This document shows, piece by piece, positions 1 to 14,710 of a stretch of 64,000 bases of DNA (position 1 is its first letter; every line of letters starts with the position of its first letter). The stretch comes from Mobula hypostoma (taxonomy: Eukaryota), in assembly GCF_963921235.1 (NCBI RefSeq), contig NC_086111.1, positions 11,780,001 to 11,844,000 of the forward strand, given 5' to 3'. A model generated the notes under the pieces. That model was not told the origin of the DNA and did not search any database. It was given only the letters and a program-made list of their open reading frames with translations. The position numbers and the translations under genes were made by a program.

Positions 1-859
1 ACTGTACAAACAGAAATTTCATACGTGCCAGGAACAGAATTGGGTAGCCATGTTAATCAAAAGTAATAAAGTCCCCACAATGGACAACACAGCCAAAGTA
101 ACAAAATAAATTTCACAATATGAATTACCAATGAAATAATTAGGAACCCTTGAGCATGTCATAAGAAGGGAAACATTAACCTCAAGGCAACTAAACCAAG
201 ACAAATATTTGTTTGGCATGCTTAAAAACAAACTGTTCTAGGAAAATGAAAACTTGGCATTTTTCAGAAGAGCTATGTTTTTTACCTGGAAATATATGAA
301 TAGATAGCTTTGAAACAACCATCTATTTCTTGAAAAAGTGTAATTTCATTGTATGAATCCTTAATGGCCAAAGCCTCAGAATGTACCACAAAGTGTTGTC
401 CAAGCAGCCATGGAATATCTACCTACAAAAGTGCCAGCAAGTGATTGTCAAATTAAAAATCATTGTAGTGTTCAGAGTACACAGTACAGATCAACAATTA
501 AAAACACTGTATTAAGCAGTTGGTGGGGGGGGGGTGTAGGAGAGAGAAGGGGGGAGGAGGAGGATTTTAAGAAACTTTACAAGGAGGTAGAAACAGAATG
601 CTAGGCTTCAATCAACCAGAATTAATTTAGATTGACACAAGAGCCATAATGCCATTTTGTTAACTGCATGAAATACACAAAATACATTAACAAATCAGAG
701 ACTGCCCATGGCATCATTTGCTCACAAAATTATATTGAGAACCTAAGAGTATGACATAGTGCCTTGGGAATGGCCACCGTAAAGCTATCTACTTCAATGT
801 GATTGGGAACTATAAGAAAGCATAAACCCATTACCCAAGGATTTGACATTATGCCAATG

Positions 860-1225
860 ATTGTTGTAAGTCCTCAACAACACTCTCGAAAGAATATTAA
901 AGCTATGTTGAGCATGCAGTTCAAAAATATCTGAAGTAGTAAGATCAGACTAATTATACTTGACCCTACATAAATCAAAGTGGGACAAAGAAAATCCAAG
1001 ATACTGCAGGATGAAAATGGAAGTTCATAAGGATAAATGCGAGGATACGCAAAAACATGTTTAAGTAACCTTCTTAGCTCCAAGGGCAACAATCCCAGCT
1101 TCACTAGTCTCTCCTCATAACTGAAGTCCTGAATCTTTGGTAGCATTTCCGTAAATCTCCTCTGCATCATCTCCAAGGTCTTGACATACTTCCTAAAGAT
1201 GGCCAGAATTAGACACTACTCCAGA
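860..1225 (-). mobile_element. CR1 LINE 3' ORF2 fragment
   Basis: QRRFTEMLP...SYEERLVKLGLLPLELRRL. Boundaries approximate. Confidence 0.75.
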
Positions 1226-2370
1226 ATCAGCATTGAGACTTCAACTAGCTCTAAGTAACATCAATGATTTGTATTCAGTTGGATATGTTGGGCCAGAACA
1301 CACTGATAGGCTAGCCAACTGTTCTGCACACAACAGCTAGCTTACTGTAGTGCACACAGCAGCTCATTACAAACTTGCATATCTTGCCTCAACAACCAGA
1401 ACAGTGGTGTTGCTGAGCTGAGGAGCTAAATGTACTGTATCCAGCCATTCTACTTGATGCTAACCTTAAATGGCGCATCTAGCTCAGTCCCATTCAAATA
1501 ATGAATGAGACCATTGGTTTCATCACAAAAAGCAAGATGTTGATCTATTTTTCCTGTTTATTTTACACTATTTATTTTTGGTCACCAATCTTTAATTCAA
1601 TGTTTAAAGGAAATAAAAAGTTAAAACATTTTATCAACCATTTCTAAAGGTCCCTCATTGGGCAGCCATCAAAATGGTCTGCAGGTGATGGTGGGGTGTT
1701 AACACCTACTGACTACAGCCTAGCCATCACTTGCATAACACTGTGCCTTGCATTAAGGTCCTGGTGGTAACACTGATCGCATTCTTGAATCGCATTCATA
1801 TGACTACAAAAACTGAGTGGTCAGTCAGGGTCACATGAGACATGATCAGTGTGATCTGACCCATTAAAGTCACCACTAGCACTAAACAAGAATAGGCAGT
1901 GGTTCCAAGAGACATAAAGATAATATTTAAGAAATGAATTGCAGAGAACAGCTATAAAAACTTAATACTGGGAGTTCCAGTTCACCAGCATGGGAATAGG
2001 AAGGAACACGATGAATAAGCTAGGGACCAGTGACCACAAGAACTTTAAGCAAGCAAAAGTAGGAGCTGCAAGAAAATGTGTTACAAAGCAAACAAAAGGA
2101 ATCAAGCATAGCAATAGCACAGTAATAGTATTAACTGCAGCTTTCATTACTGTAAGCAAAGCAAAAACTGAAGCACTAAGACAGGAGAGAAAAGCCAACA
2201 TGCGTGAGTGAAACATTATAGCAAACAAACATTTCTTACCTAAATGCAGAGTACAAGGAATAAACTGAATGAATTGAAGCTGAATATCAGCTGGGAAGCT
2301 ATGCCACAGAAGTTATTATCAGATTACAGTTCTAAAATGGTCAGGACTAGAATGTGGTAGAGGAGGAGGT

Positions 2371-2589
2371 AACACACATAAAAGTTGCTGGTGAACGCAG
2401 CAGGCCAGGCAGCATCTGTAGGAAGAGGTGCAGTCGACGTTTCAGGCCAAGACCCTTCGTCAGGACTAACTTCAGCCTGAAACGTCTACTGCACCTCTTC
2501 CTACAGATGCTGCCTGGCCTGCTGCATTCACCAGCAACTTTTATGTGTGTTGCTTGAATTTCCAGCATCTGCAGAATTCCTGTTGTTAA
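2371..2589. mobile_element. Short fold-back Penelope-like derivative with 10-bp TSD, inserted in an old CR1
   Basis: Inverted arms ~2371-2447 and ~2476-2551. Ends with the shared tail ccagcatctgcagaattcctgttgtt. TSD aggaggaggt at 2361-2370 and 2590-2599. Confidence 0.85.
2432..2467 (-). ncRNA. Minimal type I hammerhead ribozyme motif
   Basis: AGTC CTGACGA AGG GTCTTGG CCT GAAA CGTC GACT: stem I, core, stem II, GAAA, loopless stem III, GUC site. Confidence 0.8.
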
Positions 2590-4194
2590 AGGAGGAGGTG
2601 TACATGGTAAGGATACCATTAGCTGAGGTGAAGCTTAGGAAACTCTCTGTTTAGGAAATTAAGTGGCAGTTGACAGGAAAAGTATTATAGGCAGGTACTC
2701 AAACAATAAGGATACACGTGTCTCAAGGGGAAATCACACCTATCAACAGGATTGAAAAACCTGAATGCATTGGATCTAGATCTGACAGAGGGAGAAAAAA
2801 AAATCACACTTCTAACTCTACTGATGGATAGGTGACACGATAAGCAGTGCAGATGGAACATTAAATTACAGGGAGCTATTGACAAAGCAAATGGACTGTG
2901 CTAAATGCAACTTTTGTTGTCTCATGTACTGCAGACCTAAAGTGGGAAAAAAATTTAAAATTGGTGTAAAACAAGCAGCAATGAGGGAATCCATGAACAC
3001 AGATACATAAAATTGTCATAAAGGATAGGACAGCTGGCTTTTTATAGAACTTGTGCTACTGCTACATAAAGCTCAGGTTCACTAAATCTGGAGCAATTCT
3101 GGGCACACATTTGGAAGCATGGATTGACCTTGGAAGGAGTACAGCAATGATTTACCAAAATGATACTTGGATTCCACGTGAAGCTACAAAGAAAGATTAC
3201 CAAATTAAGTTAGAAAGTTGACTGAAGATCTGAATTAAGGGGAACTGACAGAAAAGCTGATGAGTCTAGGACAAAAGGGCATGTTAAAATTGTCAGGGAT
3301 TTTTGGAGGCAAGTTAAGAAACATTGTCACTTTCTATTCCACAATCTTGTAATGTGTGGTTGGTAAATAGTTAATTTTGAATCTGAGATCAAAAGATTTC
3401 AGCTAATTTATTTATAGGAAAAAATATGTAGTTATGGATCTGGGTCACAAACCAGCATTATTTCATTAACTGAGAACTACAGGGATTGAAGTCTTCATAT
3501 GTTCTTAATTATAAGAGGTCCAAATAAGCTTTTCAACTTGGAAGGTGAAGACTGAATGGTAACCTAGTAGAAGAATAAAGAGAGCAGAAGGACTCCCAAA
3601 AGCACAAAGATTGCCATCTCTTCAAACAAAAGAAATAAATGAATTTATCAATTAAGGTTGTAATTTTAGCTGGATAAAGCTGGGACAAATGGTTTTCATC
3701 ATTATTTCATCATCTATTTTACAAAATTTGGTAATTTGCTGGTAACTTGCTCCTGTAATCAAAGAGGTCAAGCACATTCTCTCCTCCCAACTCTCTACTT
3801 GCACTATAAATTCCAACCATAAATACCCCAAGACCAACTTTTTTAATTTATGCAACTCTTAGGGTACCATTGCACAGTTCAACGTACAGTGATTTAAGTT
3901 GACTTGATGTTGAAATGAATACCAAGCAATAATCATTTGTGATTGCGGGATTGCTGACAAGGACAATATTTCTCATCATCCTGAAGAGTGGCCATGGATG
4001 TGGCGAGACAAAGAGCTAGGTTTGTATGGTAAAACTATAACTGAATCAGTGATAATGAAAAATAAAAACACATAGAGTAGGTCTCCGAAGTATGAATGTA
4101 TCACATTTTAACTAGCTTTATTTCTACAAATTGAAACATTAATCTTTCTTTCATAAACTATGTAAATCTTAACCAGACAGAATTAAAATACTCA

Positions 4195-4326
4195 AAATAA
4201 ACAGATTCTGAAGATGCAAGATCTTGAGCAACATACATAAATGCAGGAGGAACTCAGCAAGTCAGGCAATATCTATGGAGAGGAATAAACAATCAACATT
4301 TCAGGCTGAGACCCTTCATCAGCACT
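4195..4326 (-). mobile_element. Degenerate Penelope-like 3' end with decayed hammerhead
   Basis: CTGATGA AGG GTCTCAG CCT GAAA TGTT GATT plus a related tail. Confidence 0.6.
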
Positions 4327-6489
4327 CCTAAATCAGGATTCATCAGTAGTCAGTGCTCACGCCTGGGACCAAGGTCCATTAAACCCAAAAAAAACACTTC
4401 TGATTTTTTGTTTGTAAAAGTCTTAGGAAAGGAAAAGACATCCTATTTCATACAGCTCTGATACAATCTTCATTGTTTTGATAATCCAACCATGCCTCTC
4501 ACCATCTGGCATCCCTTCAAAGCAATTGTTAGATCTCTTAGATGATCAGTATTACAGAGGTAAGATCACAATCACCAATTAACCATTTATTCATGTCACC
4601 TCCTAATCTTTTCAACACTGATACAGCTTACATGCAGGTTCTTCCATTAAATGATTTCCTTTGTGATATATATCTGCCTCAACCACCTTCAGACTGGAAA
4701 AGGTACAGCCAACTTTGATCAAAGGTCACTAACACAAAACATTTATAGTTTCTCCTCAGATACTACCTGTCATGGACAGTATTAATTCTAAGCTTACTAA
4801 CGAGGTCATGTGGGAATACTGGAGGCAAGAAACAGCAGATGCTGAAAATCTAGAGCAACATACGAAATGTTGGAAGAACTCAGTGGGTCAACAAGCATCT
4901 ATAAAAAGAAATAGAAATCAACGCATCAAGTTTTCATCAGGATTGACAATGGCCAGTTCTTCCTCCTCTCCCACACCCTGGCTTTTTCCTGTTGTCCTTT
5001 GCAGTTCGGATGAAAAGTCTCAATCTGAAACATTGACTGCCCATTTTCTCTATAAACCCACTACTTTCCTCCAGTACTTTGTGTTTCGTAGGAAATTGAG
5101 GTGCGGAGCAGAGTAATAATGGTGCTAAAGGGCGACTCCTTTGCTTTCGTCTTCGGGAACAGCTCTATTTCCATCTTTAATATCTTTATTTTTTTCCTTT
5201 CAGGGTACTTTTGAAGACCGTGACCTGGAGTTACACGCTGACTTCAGTTCTTTGCGGGAATTGGGACCCGCTCTCAGGGTTCCATAACTAGCTGTTGTTC
5301 GGCATGCCAAGGGCTCAATCTAACAGTCCGGCTCAGATTTGAAAGCCTAGGATCTCAGGGCTCTGGTGACCGGCAGATCGAGGGTCAGTGTCATGGCAGG
5401 AGACCCGTGTGTCGTCAGGGGAGTCAATACATCTACAGCTGTGTGCCTGGAAACCCAAGATCTTTGAGATCTTCAGGCACAGAGCTCAAAAAAAAAGGCG
5501 ACGTAACGGACTTTTAACATTGTAAACCAGTGAGTTGTTTGTTATATCTCCTACTCGCTGGGAAAACAGACGCACTTCCTTCCCCCTTATTAGGGACACA
5601 GAGCCTGCGGGATGTCGTATACCAGGTGAAACGCGAAGTCTTTGGGTAACTGCGAGTGTGTCTTTGCTAGTGCTTTGTTCACACTGGAGTGCTTGGTGGC
5701 GGGTACCAGTGCCTTTTTTTGCCAGTGGTTTGGGGGGTGGGGGGGAGGGATTGTTGCTTGCTGCCGCTTACATGCGGGAGGGAGGAGAGCGGGGGGGTAC
5801 TCTGGGGTTCTAACATTTAACTGTTGTTCATTCTTTGGGGCCACTTCTGTTTTTGTGGATGGTTGCAAAGAAAAAGCATTTCAGGATGTATATTGCATAC
5901 ATTTCTCTGACATTAAATTGGACCTATGAACCTTTGATTTGTTGACTCTTACCTTAAAATGGGTACATTGCAAATGAATAAAATAGATATTTAATATTTT
6001 GGTATTGACAAAATCCTTAGGGGATTTATGATGAAATACAGACTCCAGAAATTGAAGGAATCTTTCATGGGGAGGAGACAGATTTAAAAATACAAATTAA
6101 AATAAATAGATTATGTAAGCTGAAGGAGCTCAAGTGTAAGCAAATCATAAAATGCTCAAAGGAGAAGGAAAAGCTTTCTCTTTTCCCATTCATTCACAAA
6201 CTTGGTTTAAATGATTATCTAACCAAATCTCAGCTAAGGCAGGCTGCATCAGTAAATTAAAAGTCTGGAAAAAGTTGAACAGTTCCAAGAGTGAAAACAA
6301 TAACCAAATTTTTTCCTGGGATCAGCAATCATTATAACCATGAATATACATTTACAGAGCACCCACAGGAAATTAGGGACTTAAGAGCCTAAACTATTAC
6401 CATTTGACTCTAATCCATCACTAACTCTCAGTGAAAACTGCAAAGCAATTTTGAAAGCTCCATCCCAAATGGTAACATAGCCAAATGAT

Positions 6490-7925
6490 AGGAGAATTTT
6501 AATGCAAGTAGTATCAGGAATTAGAGTCAGTAAATAGAGCTACAACATCATGGCCGCTATGAGACTTGGCTACCACCAGGGCAGGAACGGTTGTTGGATG
6601 CTCCATGGTTTAGATATTTCAAATGGACAGGGAGAAAAGCAAAAGAGATGGGGATAATATCAGGGATATTATCACAGGTTGTACCAGGGATAGCATAACA
6701 GCTGCAGAAAGGGATGACATCGTGGAAGAATTGTTGAATGAGTCACTGTGGGTGGAAATGAGAAACAGGAAGGAAGCAATCATTTTATTGGTCTATTTCA
6801 CAAACCCTTCCCCCACCCCCACCAACAGCAACAGACAATGAACAGATCAGAAGGCATATTTTGGAAAAGTGCAAAAATAACAGGATTGTTGCCATAGCTG
6901 ACTTCAACTTTCCTAAGATTGACTGACTCCTTAACGCAAAAGGTTTAGATTGGAAGGAATTTATTAAGTGTGTCCAGGAAGGATTCTCAACCAATATGTA
7001 GACTAGAAGATAGGCCAGACCGGATGTGATGCTAGACATTGAACCTGGTCAAATGTCAGATCTCTCGGTGGGTCAGCATTTCAGAGATAGTGACCACAGC
7101 TCCCTAACCTTTACTGTAGCCTTTGAGAAGTATAGGAGTAGATGAATGGGTTAAGTATTTAATAGAGGGAGGGGTGATTACGATGCTATTATGCAAATAG
7201 ATGTACTCAAGGAAATGCACAACAGAAATGTGAGGTTACTTAGGGAGTAGTTGCATGAGGTTCTGCATTTGGATGTCCCATTCAGATAGTGGGGTGACAG
7301 AAGCAAGCACAGTTCACAAATGATGTGAAACATCTAGTCAAGAGGAAGATTCAAGTTTACTTAAAGTTTAGAAAGCAAAGAACAGGGCTCTAAAGAGTTA
7401 AAAAAAATACCCAAGAAGCAGCTTAAAAATGGACTTAGGGGAGCTAGTAGGGGACATGAGAAGGTCTTGGCAAGATTAAAGAAAACCCCTTCTACACATA
7501 TATGAACAACAGGATGATTAGAGTGAGAGTAAAACTAATCAGAGAGAGGAGGAAACGAGCCTGGAGTCAGAGGAGGTTCTTAATGAATATTTTGCTTCAG
7601 TATTCACCACTGAGAGAAACCTGGACATTTGTGAGGACAGCATAAAATAAACGACTTGCCTGATGTTAAGAAAGAGTATGTGTTGGAACTTCTGAAAAAA
7701 CATTAGGATAGATAGTCACCAGGGCCAGATGGGATACACCCCAGGTTACTACAAAAAGCAAATAAAGAGATAGCTGCACTTTGACAATGATCCTTAGTAG
7801 TAGCAAATTATGGCAGATGGCGCTCAATCGAGAAAGGTGTGAAGTGATTCACTTTGGAAAGTCGAATTTAAAGATAGAATACAGGATTAATGGCAGGATT
7901 CTTCACAGTGTAGAGGAACAGAGGG
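6490..7925 (+). mobile_element. Degraded CR1 LINE ORF2 (endonuclease to RT fragments)
   Basis: ESLWVEMRNRK..., WQMALNRERCEVIHFGK. Many disablements. Confidence 0.8.
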
Positions 7926-8828
7926 ATAGAGTTATAGTCAGAGCCCAGAAACATACACTCTGGCCCGTTTAGTGCATTCTGTCTAGTTGCATCAATTTTC
8001 ACTTTGAGCATAACCCATGGGGTAGGCCCATTTGGATAAGTAGATCCATGTACTTATCCAAACTTCTTTTAAATATTGAAATTCAACCCAGATTGATCAC
8101 TTCCGCTGGAAGCTCATTGCACACTCTCACATCTCCTCACCCCCCCCAAACATTTCACCTTTCACCCTTAAACAGTGATCTCTACATAATACCATGGTTA
8201 ATAACATGTTTTATTGTATTACTACTGTTGCGCTGTTAAGTGTTTCATTTTCTGAAGCATTTCTGTAAAATGCAGCACATTCTATTAATCAAATTTCACA
8301 GTTCAGTATTTTGGTTTCTGCTAAGATAATGAGTCGTTTGCTCAGCTTGGGAATGATGTGACATCCATTTGGGTTTGTCCTGATAACATTCTGTGCAGTG
8401 GGAACATGCAAGAGACCTTGCATTAGTTTTCTAGGAGACAGTGGGTTGGGCGGTACTTAATCAGCATTCACCATAGTTTGCTCCCTCAACTCAGCATCCC
8501 AACTTTCCAGAATCATACCCATCGAAGACATGTGTTGCTTATTGAATATGGCCGTCTCATCACTATGCATTTCTGAGTCACATGGTTGTTAGCCAGAGCT
8601 AGCCAACAAACCTAGTTTATCATGAGCCCTGGTGAGAGTGTTACATCTAGTTCTAGTCTTACCCAACCTCAGTGGAAAAAACTACTTTCATTTCTCTTAC
8701 CTATATCCCTCAATTTTGTATACCTCTATCAAATCTCCCCTCATTCTCCTATGCACCAGGGAATAATGTCCTAACTTATTCAAACTTTCCCTATAATAAA
8801 CTAAGGCTCTCAAGTCCCAGCAATATTC

Positions 8829-9494
8829 GGTGGTGAAGAAGGCGAATGCAATTCATTCCTAGAGGAACAGAGTATAGGAGCAGGGATGTGATGTTGAGGC
8901 TCTATAAGGCACTGGTGAGACCTCACTTGGAGTACTGTGGGCAGTTTTGGTCTCCTTATTTAAGAGAGGATGTGCCGACACTGGAGAGGGTACAGAGAAG
9001 ATTCACTAGAATGATTCCGGGAATGAGAGGGTTAACATATGAGGAACATTTGTCCGCTCTTTGACGGTATTCCTTGGAGTTTAGAAGAATAAGGGGGGAC
9101 CTCATAGAAACATTTTGAATGTTGAAAGGCATGGACAGAGTGGATGTGACAAAGTTGTTTCCCATGATGGGGGAGTCGAGTACGAGAACGAGAGGGCATG
9201 ACTTAAGGATTGAAGGGCGCCCATTCGGAACAGAGATGCGAAGAAATTTTTTTAGCCAGAGGTTGGTGAATCTACGGAATTTGTTGCCACGGGCAGCATG
9301 GAGGCCAAGTCATTGGGTGTATTTAAGGCAGAGATTGATAGGTATCTGAGTAGCCAGGGCACCAAAAGTTATGGTGAGAAAGCGGAGGAGTGGAACTAAA
9401 TGGGAGAATGGATCAGCTCATGATAAAATGGTGGAGCAGACTTGATGGGCTGAATGGCCGACTTCTGCTCCTTTGTCTTATGGTCTTATGGTCT
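8829..9494 (+). mobile_element. 5'-truncated CR1 inserted into an opposite-strand CR1 (~8640-9970)
   Basis: LYKALVRPHLEYCGQFWSP. Tail with repeated ttatggtc. TSD caatattc at 8821-8828 and 9495-9502. Confidence 0.85.
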
Positions 9495-9989
9495 CAATAT
9501 TCTTGTTAATTTCCTCCAGACTCTTTCAATTTTATTGATATCTTTCCTGCAGTTAGGTGACCAGAACTGCACACAATACTCCAAATTAGGCCTTACAAAT
9601 ATCTTACACGATTTCAGCATAACATCCCAAATCCTATACTAAATTTGATTTATGAAGGGCATTATGCCAAAAGCTCTTTTTAAGAATCTATCTACCTCTG
9701 ACATCACCTTTGAGGAATTATGGATCTGTATTCCCAGATCCCTCTGTTCTGCTGCATTCCTCAGTGCCCTACTGTTCACTGTGCAAGTCCTACTCTGGTT
9801 TGTCCTCCCGAAGTGCAACATCTCACACACGGCTGTATAAAATTCCATCTGCTACTTTTCAGCCCATTTCTCCAGCTTGCTCACTTTCCAGTTACCCCTA
9901 ATCTTGGTGTCATTCGCAAATTTGCTGATCCAGTTTACCACACTATCATCCAGATCGTTCATATACACTGAGTGACAAAATCTATATCG

Positions 9990-10630
9990 ACAGATCCCTC
10001 AAAGTTGCCGCATAAATTGATACAGTTGTTGAGAAGGTTATAGTGTGCTGACTTCCATTAGACAGGGAATTGAATTCAAGAGCTGTGAGGTAATGTTGCA
10101 GCTCCATAAAACCCTGGTCAGACCACTCTTGGAATATTGTGCTCAGTTTTAGTCTCCTCATTATGGGAAGGATGTAGCAGCTTTAGAGAGGTGGTGAGGA
10201 GATTTACCAGGATGCTGCTTGGATTAAAGTACATATTTTATGAGGATAGGTTGAGCAAGTCACGATTTTGCAGCAAAGTAGGATTAGAGGTGACTTCAAA
10301 GAGATGCACAAATCAAGTAGATAGCTAACAACTTTTTCCTAGGGTGGAAATGGGCATAATTTTAAGATGATTGGAGGAAAGTATGGGAGTGGTTGTCAGA
10401 GCCAAGTTTATTTTACACCGAGTGCTAGGTTCATGGAACATGCCAGAGTTGCTGGTAGAGGCAGCTACATTTGGGGCACTTAAACTCTTTGACAGGCACA
10501 TGGATGACAGAAAAATGTGGGGCCATGCAAGAGTGAAAAGCCATATTTATCATAAGCAGTGTAAAAGGTCAACAAAAATAGTGGCCAAAGGGGCCTGTAC
10601 TGTAATTCAATGTTCTATGCTCTATGTTCT
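9990..10630 (+). mobile_element. CR1 3' fragment
   Basis: VRRFTRMLLGL..YEDRL and ttctatg-type tail. Confidence 0.7.
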
Positions 10631-11129
10631 AAAGTAGATGTACTTCAGCTCATTTGACTGTAATTTTGTACTATCAACTGCCATCCTTTCTGACAATCTC
10701 TCTACACTTTGTATCTACCTGTATACCAACTTACCTCTGACCTGTCACTCTGGTTCCCATCCCCCAGCCAAACTAGTTTAAACCCTCCCCAACAGCTCTA
10801 GCAATTCTGCCCACAAGGATATTGCTCCTGCTCCATTTTCAGATGTACATTCATCCTTTTAACGACATCTTTCCTATAGTCCGGTGACCAGAACTGCACA
10901 CAATACTCCAAATTAGGCAATCCAGAGATTACTACCCTTGAAGTCCTGCTTTATAGCTTCCTATCTAGCTCCCTATATTCTCTCTTCAGGGCCTCATCCC
11001 TTTTCCTGCCACATGTCATTGGCACCAATATGTACCACAACTTTTGCCTGCTCTCCCACACCCTTTAGAATGCTGTGGACCTGCGCTATGATGTCCCTGA
11101 CACTGACAACTGAGAGGCAACACACACAG

Positions 11130-11950
11130 TATTGCCGATGACACTACATTGACGGCCTTATCTCAAACAATAATGAGGTGGCCAACAGGGAAGAAATCAT
11201 CTCTCTGACACAGTGGTGTCAAGAAAACAACCTCTCCCTCGATGTCGCAAAAACAAAGGTGCTGGTTGTGGATTACAGGAGGAATGGAGACGGGCTAACC
11301 CTTATTGACATCAATGGTCTGGGATTGAGAGGGTAAACAACCTCAAGTTCCTCAGCATCTACATCACCAAGGACCTCACATGGTCTGCACATACCAGCTG
11401 TGTGGTGAAAAAAGGATAACAGCGCCTTTTTCACCTCAGACAGTTGAGTAAATGTGGTATGGGTCCCCAAATCCTAAGAACTTTCTACAAGGGCACAATT
11501 GAGAGTGTACTGGTACTGACTGGCTGCATCACTGCCTGGTATGGGAATAGTACCTCCCTCAATCCCAGGACTCTGCAGAGTGTGGTACGGACAGCCCAGC
11601 ACATCTGTAGTTCTGAACTTCCCATGATGTAGGACCTTTACAAGAACAGGTGTGTAAAAAGTGCCTGTAGAATCATTGGGGACCCAAGCCATCCCAGCCA
11701 CGATCTATTCCAGCTGCTACCATCTGGGAAGTAGTACCGCAGCATAAAAGCCAGGACCAACAAGCTCTGGGACAACTTTTCCACCAGGCCATCAGACTGA
11801 TGGAACTCACGCTGACTTGAGTGTACTCTATATTACATTGATGGTTCTATTTATTACAAATTATTATAAATGTGCAGACTGCACATTTAGATGGAGACAT
11901 AACATAAAGATTTTTATTTCTTACTTCCTTCACGTACATGAGGAGTAAAG
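11130..11950 (+). mobile_element. Rex1/Babar-type LINE RT/3' fragment
   Basis: ADDTT..., ILRTFYKGTIESVL..GCITAWYGN. Confidence 0.75.
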
Positions 11951-14710
11951 TCAATTCATTTAGAATCTCAGCTACTTGTTCAGATTCTAAGCACCAGTTC
12001 CCTCCTTTATCCTTGAGTAGACTCACCTTAATTATCCTTTTTCTCTTCAAGTATAAAATGCCTTGGGATTATCCTTGATAATGCTTGCCAAGGACATTTC
12101 ATAGCCTCTTTTGACCTTTCTAAACACCTGCTTGAACTCGTTCCTGCTTTCAAGAATCCAGACTACTTCCTAAACATTACTTATGCTTCCTTTCCCTTCT
12201 AACTAAATTAGGACCTCAAACCATCCAATGTTCCATTACATTACCATTGTTGTTCTTACTCCTTATCTGAACTCTGATTAGCTGGTCTTTAAACAACACA
12301 GATCAAATGTTAACTTGTCTCACAGGAGCTGCTTCCAATCAATGCTCATCAGCTCCTTTACTATCCTGTCTTAATTTGCCCTCCCCCAATTTTCAAAATG
12401 TTTATCCACTATGAGGTCTGTCCCCTGGCCTGGCTTTGCTCCCAAACCTACAACCTAGTATGTTCACTCCTCTAGTTGGATTCTCCACATACTAACAAGA
12501 ATCCTTGGATAGCTGAAGAAATCCTTTCCCCATGAGTCTCTTGTTCCAAACAATACTGGGGACACTATGCGACCCTGTTATGGCAACTTTCCATCATCTG
12601 CTTACATATCTGTTCAACTTCTCAGTGACTGCTGGGGAGGCTTGCAGTGTAATCCTGTCAATGTAATTGAACCTATCCCATTTCTGAGGTCTATCCAAAT
12701 TGCCTGTGAATGAACCCTGCAGTCTGTCCTCTCAAAGCACTGCTGTAACATTCTCCATTAATAGTGCAACCCCTCCATTTCTTTTAACACCTTCCCCATC
12801 ACATTTAAAATAACTAAACCCAAGAACGTTGAGCTGCCAGTCCTGTCCCTCATGCAACCAGGTCTCTCCAATAGCAATATTATAATTTCATGTACTGATG
12901 GAGGCTCTGTTCATCCTCCTCACCCATAATGCTGACATTGAAATATATACATTTTAGCCCATGAAACCCACCATGGCGGCACGCAAGGGGAACTTGGGGG
13001 AGGCCCTGCCAAAGGGTCTCAGCCTAAAATGTCGACTGTACTTTTTTCCATACTTGCTGATTGGCCTGCTGAGTTCCTTCGGCATTTTGTGTAGTTTCTA
13101 AACAACTACCTTGTAATGCTCCCAGGAATCTCTTACATTCCAGTAAGATCACCAATCATTCTTTTAAAGAATATTGATCTGGCCAGCATGGTAGCGTAGC
13201 ATAGCACTAGTGACCTGGATTCAATTCCACCACTGTATGAAAGGAGTTTGTTTATCTTTCCTGTGATCACATAGGTTTCCTCCAGGGGCTCAGATTTCCT
13301 CCCACATTCCAAAGACATATCAGTCAGGTTACTTAGTCACATGGGCACAATGGCCGAGGCACAGTCACTTTGAAATGGATATCACACTACTTCACTAAAT
13401 AAAAATAAATCCAATTTCTTTAGTTACAGGTGATAAAAAGACTATTAATTCCAAGAACTAACCTAGTGAATCTAATCTGGACTACATCTAGTGCCACCTG
13501 GATCACCTACCACCCACCAGGTCTTGCTCCGACCCTTCTCCCTACCCTTTCTTCCTGGCTATTTTTTCCCAGTCCTGAAAGGTCTTGGTCTGCACTGTCA
13601 ACTATCCATTTTCCTCCATGGATGCTAACTAATCACCAAATTCCTCCAGCCTTTGATTTATTCTGGATTTGTAGCATCGGCAATCTCACTTCTTTAACAA
13701 AAAGATCAAAAATGCAAATATTTTCGTTCTGGCCTCCCCAGTACCTTATATAATCTGAATGACACCAAACTCTAACTCCCTTACAAATAAAGAAAAATCC
13801 AGATCCTAGGGCTAAGTTTTGCAGTCCTAGTTTCCACTCCCATCATACTTCATATCCCTGTGACTATTTCAGAGGACAATCAAGCCACAATGGACTTCCA
13901 TAGAGGATAAGATCAGAGAAGGTTAGATTAATGAAAGATGCCCCATGGCCCGCTACGCCCATGCAGAGCGTCAAGTACCTACAGATACTAATCCCATTTA
14001 CCAGCACTTGGTCTGCAACCTAAGTCTTGGTAAGTTCAATTGCTCATCCACATGCATCTTAATTGTTGCGAGAGTACCTGCCTCCTCCACCTTCAAGCAG
14101 TGTGTTCCAGACTACTTCCACTGTTGGTGAAAAAGGTTTTCCTCAGATCCCCTTTAGACATTTTATACTCACCTTAAATCTTTGTTGAGTTCGCTATCCC
14201 TCTCATAATTATGTATAGAAATATATCTCTTTTATACAACTCAATCTCATTCATTTTTAACCTCCTTGCTCCAGGGTGAAGTGGAGCCAAAGCTTGCCAG
14301 CCTCTCCTGAAAACTGAAACACCCCATCCCAGCCAACATAATGAATCTTCTCCTCATACTCTCCAGATTATCACATCCTTCCTACTGTGTGGTAACCAGG
14401 ACTAAACACAATATTCCAGCTGCCTTGCATTCAATACTCAGCTAATGAAGCCCACAATAGTTTCTCAACAACGCCATCTACCTGTATTACCAATTTGTAC
14501 AACAAGATCCATTTATTCCTAGTCCCCTGTTTGTCAACATATCCAGTAAGATAAATCGGCCTCGGCTCCCATATTTCCCCCTCTATGTCCTGAATATCTG
14601 TGCCAGTTTGTCACAAACTATTTAGTCCATTCAAAGAATAAATACACTAATCAAATGCAGTCTCCCACTAGCACACATAAAGCCAAGATTTAATCAGAGA
14701 CTTGGATACA

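Noticed and set aside
2347-2619. Recurring short ORFs such as MLEIQATHIKVAGERSRPGS... (also at 21014, 23053, 41029, 62698, 62948)
   Set aside because: Incidental translations of the non-coding Penelope 3' tail.
3652-3855. Possible next transposase exon (acceptor near 3753 giving EQVTSKLPNFVK*)
   Set aside because: It lacks the expected CxxH motif, stops after 12 codons and has no other support.
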